Shown here: positions 20,095 through 27,506 of the stretch, in pieces
How positions within the stretch are numbered: the first letter of the stretch is position 1
Layout of the letters: each line of letters opens with the position of its first letter
NCBI GenBank assembly: GCA_963718915.1
Contig: CAVRAI010000014.1
Span: forward strand, 120,001 to 152,000
Origin: an uncultured Chloroflexia bacterium
GTDB taxonomy: Bacteria; Chloroflexota; Ktedonobacteria; Ktedonobacterales; JADMIN01
DNA length: 32,000 nt
Direction of reading: 5' to 3'
Position numbers and translations under genes: made by a program
The notes under the pieces: model-generated
Database searches by the model: none
What the model was told of the DNA's origin: nothing
Seen by the model: the letters and a program-made list of their open reading frames with translations, nothing else

Positions 20095-21381
20095 TCATAC
20101 GAGTCGGTGAGCCGCCAGATCGAGGCGAAAGGTATCCGTAAGCGTTGTAACATGGCCACCGTTGCCATCGGTGGTAAAGAACTCGCCCAGCAGGATATTT
20201 CCGCTGATGGTTATACGCAGAAATCCAAACGAGGTATCGTTATACGCCACAACCCGCACGGCCTCGCCCGCTGGCAGGGTCATCCCCGGCGGTCGCACCG
20301 CATCGAATGGCGGTTTCCTGCGTCGCGCCCGTCCCTTCCCGCATTTCTCCCACAACGATTCCACCGGTCCGTGGCCGCCGCTGCCCGCAACCACGTAGGG
20401 CAATTCCCAGCCATCGGCATAATGATACGTCAGCCGTTGGTAAAGATGCGCGTGGGCCGAGAAGATGGCGTCGGGGCGTTGGCCGCTTTCCTCAAACGCC
20501 TGCCGCAGCATCGTCGCGAGCGGACGTGTGTGTATCGCGTGCGATGGCCCAAGCGTTGGGTCACCGCGCTGGGCGAAGTTGCTTGCGCCGGAGAATGGCG
20601 GATAATGCACCGCGAGCAGGATCGGTCGCGGCTGTTCGCGGCGGGCGTTGCGGCGCTTCATCGCGGTGAGCTGGTCCACCAGCCAGTGATACTGTGGCTG
20701 AGCCTCGGGCGCCGCCGGGTTGTCGAGGATGCCGCCGTTCGCGATATTGCTGTACAGCCCAAGAATATATGCCTTTGGCGTCGAGAGTCGCCAGTAGGGA
20801 TAGGGCTGGCGCATCGCGCACCGCCGGTCGGTCTGGTTGTCGAATGTACGGCCATCTCGTTTGGAGCAGAAATTGAGCAGGAAGTGATGGATCGCGGACG
20901 TGGACTTATCATGCGTCTGCTTGCCATCGTGGTTGCCCGCTACGGCAAAGATACGGCGCGTGTAGTTGGTGTAGGGCTGGTAAAACTGCGTGTTATACAT
21001 GTCACGCTGGTCGTCGCGCTCCTCGTCCAGCGTGTCGTCGTCCTTATAGACCACATCGCCCAGTTGGTAGAGAAACGAGGCGCGCTGGATGATTGGGTCA
21101 TCGCCGCCGACCGTTTCGCGGTCGCGCACCTGTTCCACCATCGCGTGCGCCACGGAGTGCTGGGGCATATGGTCGTTGAAACAGCCAGTGCAGCCTACCA
21201 TGTGAAACGTCATCGCGCCCGCCGTCTTGATGCGCCGCGCCTCCCGTCGATGCACATCCTTGAGGCGGAGCGTAAACGCCTTCAACCGACCCGATGGCGG
21301 GGGAACTGGCAGTGGTGTCCAGAGGCCATGCTCGACGCATGGTGGAGTCGGAGCTGGGGTACCCACCTGATTCGCGCGCAT
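20095..21381 (-). CDS. Calcineurin-like metallophosphoesterase
   Basis: Metal-binding motifs GDVVYKDD, FAVAGNHD and SAHAHLYQR, plus GSGGHG. ATG at 21381 preceded by AAGGAG. Confidence 0.8.
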   Translation of the reverse strand: MRANQVGTPAPTPPCVEHGLWTPLPVPPPSGRLKAFTLRLKDVHRREARRIKTAGAMTFHMVGCTGCFNDHMPQHSVAHAMVEQVRDRETVGGDDPIIQRASFLYQLGDVVYKDDDTLDEERDDQRDMYNTQFYQPYTNYTRRIFAVAGNHDGKQTHDKSTSAIHHFLLNFCSKRDGRTFDNQTDRRCAMRQPYPYWRLSTPKAYILGLYSNIANGGILDNPAAPEAQPQYHWLVDQLTAMKRRNARREQPRPILLAVHYPPFSGASNFAQRGDPTLGPSHAIHTRPLATMLRQAFEESGQRPDAIFSAHAHLYQRLTYHYADGWELPYVVAGSGGHGPVESLWEKCGKGRARRRKPPFDAVRPPGMTLPAGEAVRVVAYNDTSFGFLRITISGNILLGEFFTTDGNGGHVTTLTDTFRLDLAAHRLV

Positions 21382-21425
21382 ATGCGTCTCCTTGTGGGCT
21401 TGAGAGGTATGGGTAGTATCTCATG

Positions 21426-21454
21426 ATTTTACACGCCCGCCTGCAATGCCGCAA
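21426..21454 (-). promoter_or_regulatory. Candidate sigma-70-type promoter for the metallophosphoesterase gene (-35 TTGCGG, 17-nt spacer, -10 TAAAAT)
   Basis: Read directly on the minus strand: TTGCGG-CATTGCAGGCGGGCGTG-TAAAAT. The -10 ends about 44 nt upstream of the ATG at 21381. Confidence 0.4.
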
Positions 21455-21492
21455 GACGTGCCATTAGCACAATTCGCACCACAGCCAGGGAA

Positions 21493-22197
21493 TCAGTCGC
21501 CTGGCAGATGTTTGGTGGCCTCGCGGCGGCTCAGCGGGCTGAGGCGTGTCTCATGCTCGCGGACGTAGCGGCGGACGGCGGCGGGGCGTGTTTTTGCGTA
21601 CTCGCGCAGCGCCCAGCCAATGGCCTTGCGGATGAAGAAGTCGCGGTCGCCGAGATTTGGCTCAATGCAGGCGGAGAGCAGGTCTTCGTCGGTCGCGGCC
21701 TTGAAGGTGTTCTGGCAGAGAATCGCGGTGCGGCGCTTCCAGAGGTTGGCGTCGAGGCTCCAGGCCAGCATCGTCGCGCGCATCGAGTCGGGGTAGAGCA
21801 TGAGCAGCGGGCCTATACGGTGGGTTGCCAGATCGTCCACATAGTCCCACCACGCGCCGCCGACGATCATCTCCTCGTACATCGGCAGGGCGTCGAGTCG
21901 CTGATAGGCGCGATAGCGGAGGTCGCCGGTCAGGCCGATGGCGGCGTAGCGTTCCTCGCGGTAGCGGGCCTCGCGCCAGAGGGTGAGCGCGGTCTCGCGC
22001 CACTCGTCGAAGCTGGCGAGCGGGTGCGCGGCAAAGGCGGCGCGGCAGACCTGGCGTAATGCTGGCGCTGGCACGCCCAGATAGGGCATCTCCGACTTCA
22101 TATACGCCTGCATGGCTGGCGCTTTCGCCGGATCAGCCACCCGCGCCAGCTCCTCACGGACGGCGGCAATCAGTTCGGTGTGCGTTCCATCAGCCAT
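21493..22197 (-). CDS. DNA alkylation repair protein (AlkC/AlkD-like HEAT-repeat family)
   Basis: PAKAPAMQAYMKSEMPYLGVPAPALRQ, WWDYVD and FFIRKAIGWALREYAKT are the characteristic motifs of this family. GGGGGA SD. Confidence 0.82.
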   Translation of the reverse strand: MADGTHTELIAAVREELARVADPAKAPAMQAYMKSEMPYLGVPAPALRQVCRAAFAAHPLASFDEWRETALTLWREARYREERYAAIGLTGDLRYRAYQRLDALPMYEEMIVGGAWWDYVDDLATHRIGPLLMLYPDSMRATMLAWSLDANLWKRRTAILCQNTFKAATDEDLLSACIEPNLGDRDFFIRKAIGWALREYAKTRPAAVRRYVREHETRLSPLSRREATKHLPGD

Positions 22198-22458
22198 TCC
22201 GATTCCCCCAGGTTCGCATCTGCCAGGAGCAGGTCTTCATGCGGCGAGATCGCGCAGTAGCGCCGTCGTTATAGTAACAAGTGTTGTGTCAAGCTGGTTC
22301 CAACGTAGAACCCCCAGACCTCCATGCCCTCCATGTCATCCTCGTCCTGCTCCGGGGTCGTGTTGGGGTGGAGAATATTCAGGACGCGGGCCGAAATCTT
22401 CCAGATAACGGCGCAGGAGATAAAAAGGCTGGCGCGATCAAGAGCGGGTCATATGTCA

Positions 22459-24096
22459 TTAGCCTAACCGCTCCAGCAGCTTCATCAGCGCGGGATAGTC
22501 CACCTTGGCGTTGTGGCGGCGATCCACCGGGATGCGCGGCACAACCCGGATGGCGTCGAGATGCGCCCAGTCCAGCGATTGCAGCGGGAAATCGAGTTCG
22601 CCGTCGTGTAGTGGATACGCTGGCTCGATCAGCAACAGCCGCTGCCCCCGCCACGCCACCATGGCGCTCCGCCGGATCGCTGGATGCGCCGAGACCGCCG
22701 CCTCGACGGCAAAGGGATAGAGCGTGCCGTGCGTATCTTCGATGCGGGCAAAGCAGCGACCCAGCAACCAGAGGCGCCCGTGCGCGTCCAGATAGCCCGC
22801 GTCGCCCGTCCGGTGCCAGATCGTAGCGCCGACCCGAATCTTCGTCTCGGCATCGCCGACTCCGCCGACATACCCGTTTCCGATGTGCGCGCCGCTCACC
22901 ACGATTTCGCCTGTCTGCCCCGCTGGCAGCGATGCGCGCTCGAACTCGTCAGGCGCATAGGGGCCGAGTGGCGTTCCCCAGCGGTCGGGCAGGATGCGCA
23001 GGGCAATTTCGGGTACCGGCGCGCCTGCCAACAACCCCGCGCCAGACTGCATTGCCGCGCTATCTCCCGGCAGGAAATCGTCGCGGGCGATATGCGCGAT
23101 GGGTTCAGCCTCGGTCGATCCGTAGATGGCGACGATTTGCGCCTGAGGCGCGCAGGCGTGTAGGGCGTTGAGCAGGCGCGGGAATACCGGCGCGCCGCCT
23201 GTATAGATTGCCTCCAGCGAGGGTAGCGTCATTCGCTGCCGCTGGCAGTACACGGCGATACGCTCCCAGAAGGCGGGCGAGGCTCCGGCGCGGCGTGGCT
23301 GGTAGCGCAGGATATCGGCTACCACTGGCGCGGGGTCGATCTCGCCCGGCTTGCGCAGATTGCCCGGTGGGATGAGGCTAGTCGTCCCGGAGGCAAGGTC
23401 GGCCAGCACGAAGACGGGCAGCGCGGTCATGCTGACCTCTCCGCCCGCGTCCGTAACGATATCGGCGGCGAAGTTGTTCCGCAGCGCGTCGTGCTGCGCC
23501 AGCAGGAAACGATGTGTCCGCAGCATCGCCTTGGGCTGGCCAGTGCTGCCGCTGGTGAAGGTGAGCAGCGCGGGCGCGTCGGGCGCGCAGGCGACGATCT
23601 CCTCGCGTGGCGCAAGCAGGTCGGCGCGGCTCCAGGGGGTGGCGCCGGGCATGAATCGCGCGCCGACGACGAATTTACGCGGGATACGGCCCACCGATGG
23701 CGCGAGCAGCCGCAGCAGGTGCGCGCGGACGCTGCCGATGAACGCGCGCGGATGGGCCAGTGCGCAGCAGCGCTCCACCTGCTCCATGCCCGCCGAGGGG
23801 TCCACGAACATGGCCGTCAGCCCCGAGCGGAAGATGGCGATCAGCGCGACATACAGCTCAAGCGACATCGGTTGAAGCACCAGCACGGTATCGCCGGGAC
23901 GCAGCCCATCCTGCCATAGCAGCGCCGCCGCCTGCCCCACACGCCGTTCCAGCGCCGCGAAGGTGGTGACGCGCGCCTGGCCGCGATGGGTGTCTATGAT
24001 GGCGGGCTGGTCGGGCCGCCGTAGCGCCTGTTCGCGCAGAATATCGGCAAGATTGCCAGTCACATATGTCGCGGATGCGGTAAATGCCGCGCTCAT
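22459..24096 (-). CDS. AMP-dependent synthetase/ligase (acyl-adenylate-forming, fatty-acyl-CoA-ligase-like)
   Basis: Adenylation core motifs LLTFTSGSTGQPKAM, IYGSTEAEP, GEIVVSG..IGNGY and WHRTGDAGYLD, with a C-terminal Lys in RRHNAKVDY. Its ATG overlaps the upstream stop (ATGA at 24093-24096). Confidence 0.88.
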   Translation of the reverse strand: MSAAFTASATYVTGNLADILREQALRRPDQPAIIDTHRGQARVTTFAALERRVGQAAALLWQDGLRPGDTVLVLQPMSLELYVALIAIFRSGLTAMFVDPSAGMEQVERCCALAHPRAFIGSVRAHLLRLLAPSVGRIPRKFVVGARFMPGATPWSRADLLAPREEIVACAPDAPALLTFTSGSTGQPKAMLRTHRFLLAQHDALRNNFAADIVTDAGGEVSMTALPVFVLADLASGTTSLIPPGNLRKPGEIDPAPVVADILRYQPRRAGASPAFWERIAVYCQRQRMTLPSLEAIYTGGAPVFPRLLNALHACAPQAQIVAIYGSTEAEPIAHIARDDFLPGDSAAMQSGAGLLAGAPVPEIALRILPDRWGTPLGPYAPDEFERASLPAGQTGEIVVSGAHIGNGYVGGVGDAETKIRVGATIWHRTGDAGYLDAHGRLWLLGRCFARIEDTHGTLYPFAVEAAVSAHPAIRRSAMVAWRGQRLLLIEPAYPLHDGELDFPLQSLDWAHLDAIRVVPRIPVDRRHNAKVDYPALMKLLERLG

Positions 24097-25118
24097 AATG
24101 TGCCTCCCAGTTCCTTCGCATAAAGCGTGTAGCGCCGGATGACGCGCCCGTGGTAGACATCACTGAGGCGGCGCGAGACGTTGTCCTCGCGTATCAGCGC
24201 GTGGATGGCGCGGGTGTAGCCGAGCGCGCGGCCAGCCGCAATCGCCCGCGCGGCCAGCAGAATCGCCAGCCCCTGCCGCTGGTAGTCTGGCAGGACGGCG
24301 GTCGTCTTGGCGATGCCAGTGTTAATCAACTCGCCGCGCCGCGCCTGAAGCCAGTCGGGCACGACCAGCAGAAAGCCGACGGCGCGCTCATCTTTCTCGG
24401 CAATCTGCACCAGTTCTGGCACGAGCAACGACTCCAGCGGGCGATACTGCGCGACGAACGCCTCCTCGTCGATGGGGCTGGCAAGCAGGCTCTCCGCAAA
24501 GCCAGCGGCCACGACCGGGTACACACCGCGGAGGTCGTTCTCGAACGCGTCGGGATCGAGCGGGCGAACGCGCACACCTGCCGCCCGCATCTGCCGTTCG
24601 ATCTCAGGAATGCGTGGGTCGGTGGCTTCGAGGTGATCCTGCACGGCGGAGTAATACTGCGCCAGCGCCGCGAAGCCGTTGCTAGTGAAGTGCGCGGGCC
24701 AGCTCGCGGGATTGCTGGGTTCGAGGAAGAACGGCGGTTCGGCGCCTGGCTCGGTCACCAGCCGGTAGTGGTTATAGGTGCTGCCATCCATCGGGCCAAT
24801 GGCAATGGTGCGGCCCGCCTGGCGCAGCCGGTCGCAGGCATGTTGCAACAGCGCCTCGGCCAACGTATCGTCGGCGGCATAGTGACCAATCAGTCCGACA
24901 CGATGCCCTTGGTAGGCGGGCGTCGCGGTCCACCAGAGGGAGCATCGGGCAATCGCGCCCTCAGCGTCCTCAAGGAGCCAGTGCTCGTCGGCGCCGGACG
25001 AAGCCAGCGTCGCCGTGTCGAGCGGCGTTCCATCGGGCACGGCGCAGAAGCGCGCCATCTCAGCCGTGTTGGTGACTGAGGTGATTTGTATTGTCTGTAT
25101 CGTGCGTTGCGGTGGCAT
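24093..25118 (-). CDS. Two-domain GNAT-family N-acyltransferase
   Basis: C-terminal half has the GNAT core AVLPDYQRQGLAILLAARAIAAGRALGY. The N-terminal half has a second degenerate GNAT-like unit (IGHYAADD..AEALLQHACDRLRQAG). The start at 25118 lacks an SD, so it is uncertain. Confidence 0.72.
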   Translation of the reverse strand: MPPQRTIQTIQITSVTNTAEMARFCAVPDGTPLDTATLASSGADEHWLLEDAEGAIARCSLWWTATPAYQGHRVGLIGHYAADDTLAEALLQHACDRLRQAGRTIAIGPMDGSTYNHYRLVTEPGAEPPFFLEPSNPASWPAHFTSNGFAALAQYYSAVQDHLEATDPRIPEIERQMRAAGVRVRPLDPDAFENDLRGVYPVVAAGFAESLLASPIDEEAFVAQYRPLESLLVPELVQIAEKDERAVGFLLVVPDWLQARRGELINTGIAKTTAVLPDYQRQGLAILLAARAIAAGRALGYTRAIHALIREDNVSRRLSDVYHGRVIRRYTLYAKELGGTL

Positions 25119-25146
25119 GTGTTAACCAATCTATGTCTGCAAGTAA

Positions 25147-25331
25147 GAGGCGCGGGCGGTTAAAACCGCGCCTGAACGGCCTCGCTGCGCTCCGCCACAA
25201 AACCCGCCTGCGCGGGTTTCACTGCACCACCTCGCAACCGTTGATCCAGGCGAGGCACGATCTGATGAGTCCGCGCAGGCGGACTTCGTGGCCGCAGGCC
25301 GTAGAGGCGCGGTTTTAACCGCCCGCGCCTC
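25147..25331. repeat. 185-bp palindromic MITE/REPIN-like element (family 2) with perfect 26-bp terminal inverted repeats
   Basis: GAGGCGCGGGCGGTTAAAACCGCGCC at 25147-25172 is the exact reverse complement of 25306-25331. Internal hairpins AAACCCGC-CTGC-GCGGGTTT, CCTCGC..GCGAGG and AGTCCGC-GCAG-GCGGACT. Intergenic, between the kinase-like and GNAT genes. Confidence 0.85.
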
Positions 25332-25389
25332 GATCACCCGATTATGGTGTGAAACACTGTAATGCCGCGAACCTGAATTACCGCACCCG

Positions 25390-26175
25390 CTACAATCTTG
25401 CCCGTTGCGGCTGGCCCCACGGAATCGTGATCGCGCCGAGAATTGCCGCGATCAACAGCACGCTCACCAGCAGCGCGGTCAGGTCCGACGCCAGCAGCGA
25501 CCGGAGAAAGATAAAGCCGGTGAGCGGGATGAGCAGGTTATCCAGCCCGCGCCACGAGATCGCCTCGACCAGCGTCAGCAGCAGCGCCAGCGTCAGCGCG
25601 ACTCCTGGAACCGCCACGTTGGTCGTCGTCCCGGCTAGCAGCAGCGCGCCGGATGTGCCGAAGAACGCCACCGTGAAGAATGCCAGCGAGCCTTCGAGAC
25701 TCTTATGCCCGTCGCGGGTACCATATTGCAGCGAGCCAAACCGTGAGCCGACGATGGCCGCCGCCGGATCGGCCAGCGTCAGCAGCAGCAGCGGCACGAT
25801 GTAGAGCAGCGGCTGGTTATGCGCCAGCACAAACAGCAGGCAGGCGCTCAATGGGAAATAGACCTCGCCTAACGAGGGACGTGTTACGCCATACAGCACG
25901 TCGCCCAGACCGTTGCGCAGGCGGCGCACATGCTTGAGGGCGAGCAGCGTGGGAATGGTGATTGCCGTGAGCAGCAGCACTGGCCAGACATCGCCGAACA
26001 TCCATGGGAGCGCCAGTGTCGTCAGGCCGCCGCCCAGGTGGAAGAGCTTGCGCGACGTTTCCGGCGCGAGGTTGCGGGCATGCTGGTAGATATGGATCGC
26101 GACCATCAGCAGTATGAGCGTGCTGAGTTCGAGCGCCATGCCCAGCCAGGGATTGAGCGGCAGCGGCGTAATCAT
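25390..26175 (-). CDS. Polyprenol/phytol/dolichol-kinase-like membrane protein (CTP-dependent kinase / cytidylyltransferase superfamily)
   Basis: Multi-TM protein with SRKLFHLGGG and DPAAAIVGSRFG...GHKSLEGSLAFF, matching the VTE5/SEC59/DGK1-type pattern (RK..H; D..A..vG...G; KS.EGS). ATGA overlap with the upstream stop at 26172-26175. Confidence 0.72.
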   Translation of the reverse strand: MITPLPLNPWLGMALELSTLILLMVAIHIYQHARNLAPETSRKLFHLGGGLTTLALPWMFGDVWPVLLLTAITIPTLLALKHVRRLRNGLGDVLYGVTRPSLGEVYFPLSACLLFVLAHNQPLLYIVPLLLLTLADPAAAIVGSRFGSLQYGTRDGHKSLEGSLAFFTVAFFGTSGALLLAGTTTNVAVPGVALTLALLLTLVEAISWRGLDNLLIPLTGFIFLRSLLASDLTALLVSVLLIAAILGAITIPWGQPQRARL

Positions 26176-27506
26176 GTGACGATCTCCTCGATAACGAGTG
26201 CGCTATAAAAGAAGGCTTTATCCTGACGATGCAGCTGCTCGGCCAGCTCTGGCAGCGGCCAGAGGCGATGCGCCAGCTCGTCGAGATAGCCGCGCGGCGC
26301 AAGCATATTCCAGTAGAGCAGCCGCCCGCCAGGTCGCCCGACATCGGCCAGTCGCGCCAGCAGCCGGGCATACTGCTCGTGCGAGACGTACTCGAACACA
26401 TCGCTCAGGTTGAAGCGGTCGATGCTGTGCGCCGCCGCCGTCGCCAGATACTCTTCCAGCGATTGCCGCCGCCATTCCAACCGGTCCAGGTTGGCGCGGA
26501 TGGCGTCGAAGTTCTCGGGACGCAGCGCGTATGGCAGCGCGGTCAGGTGCGCGCCGGTCAGAATCCACTGCACGTAGGGATTCTCCGCCGGGTTGAGTTC
26601 GGTCAGGGCATATCTGGTGCGCTGGAGCAGGCGCTCGGCCACACCCCCCTCGACATAGGTGAAGAACTCCGGGTCGCGCCCAAGCCGCCCCATCAGCGCG
26701 CGCGAGAAGAAGAGCCGGAAGAGCAGCCGCCAGCGCCAGGTGTCCCATTCGCGGGCGTAGAACGCCTGACGAGCGGCAGGCGCGCCACCAGCCAGCAGTT
26801 GGGTCACCTTCGCCCGGCTCTCGACCAGCGGCAGAATGCGCTCCCTGAAGAGCCGGAAATAACGCTCGAACTTGCCCGCGCCGCCGATACCCGCGCGTAT
26901 CGCATCCAGATGCGCGTCCCAGAAGCGGCGCTCATCGGACGACAGGCGCCCGCGGCAGCGGAGATACAGTTCCTCGCGGCGCTCGCTCGGGCGTGACCCG
27001 ATCAACTCCAGCAATTCAGGATGCTCCAACTCGCGATAGGCGGCGACCCGGAGCGCCAGGCAGGCCAACTGCGCGTCGCTGACATCAATTGCGAGCACAT
27101 GACCGGGCGACTGCGCCAGCAGGGCCAGCGTGTTGTCCCCGGCCGAGGCAATCGAGAGGCAGCTATCGCCCGGCTGGATCGCCAGCCCGCCGAGCAGCAC
27201 GTCGGCGTCCTCCCAGCACTGCGCGTAGCGGATGGCGGAGAAGTCGGCGCGGGCGGTGATAGTCGAGTCATGGGTGGGTGATATTTGCGAGGGTGCGCTC
27301 GTCGGCAGGCGGCTAAAGCCGCGCCTAAGGGTCTCACTCGCGTTCGGCCGCAAAGCCTGCCTTCGCAGGCTGGCAGAATCATGCCCAGGCGTATTGCCTG
27401 TGACGGCGAGAGCGGATGCCAGGCTGCTCACGGTCTGGAGGCCGCGCAGGCGGCCTTTGCGGCGGGACGCCCTTAGGCGCGGCTTTAGCCGCCAGCTACT
27501 GGACAT
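26172..27506 (-). CDS. DUF3419 / BtaA-like protein (SAM:diacylglycerol 3-amino-3-carboxypropyl transferase family), N-terminal ~65 aa encoded by a repeat element
   Basis: Family core begins at IRYAQCWEDADVLLGGL, then SIASAGDNTLALL, GKFERYFRLFR, NPYVQWILTG and FNLSDVFEYVS. ATG at 27506 has a strong SD (GAGGGAGG, 6-nt spacer) and overlaps the upstream stop. There is no ATG/GTG/TTG between the repeat and the conserved core. Confidence 0.8.
   Translation of the reverse strand: MSSSWRLKPRLRASRRKGRLRGLQTVSSLASALAVTGNTPGHDSASLRRQALRPNASETLRRGFSRLPTSAPSQISPTHDSTITARADFSAIRYAQCWEDADVLLGGLAIQPGDSCLSIASAGDNTLALLAQSPGHVLAIDVSDAQLACLALRVAAYRELEHPELLELIGSRPSERREELYLRCRGRLSSDERRFWDAHLDAIRAGIGGAGKFERYFRLFRERILPLVESRAKVTQLLAGGAPAARQAFYAREWDTWRWRLLFRLFFSRALMGRLGRDPEFFTYVEGGVAERLLQRTRYALTELNPAENPYVQWILTGAHLTALPYALRPENFDAIRANLDRLEWRRQSLEEYLATAAAHSIDRFNLSDVFEYVSHEQYARLLARLADVGRPGGRLLYWNMLAPRGYLDELAHRLWPLPELAEQLHRQDKAFFYSALVIEEIVT
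27308..27493. repeat. 186-bp palindromic MITE/REPIN-like element (family 2) with perfect 24-bp terminal inverted repeats, inside the 5' end of the BtaA-like ORF
   Basis: GGCGGCTAAAGCCGCGCCTAAGGG at 27308-27331 is the exact reverse complement of 27470-27493. Its core GGCGG.TAAA.CCGCGCCT.A is shared with the element at 25147-25331. Internal hairpins AGCCTGC-CTTC-GCAGGCT and AGGCCGC-GCAG-GCGGCCT. Confidence 0.85.

Noticed and set aside
22266-22296. Promoter-like TTGACA ... TATAAC on the minus strand upstream of the AlkD-like gene.
   Set aside because: The spacer is only 13 nt by my count, outside the functional 16-18-nt range.
25091-25337. ORFs 25091-25318 (+) and 25131-25337 (-) as genes between the kinase-like and GNAT genes.
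   Set aside because: Both are read-through of the 185-bp palindromic element. Symmetry explains why both strands are open.
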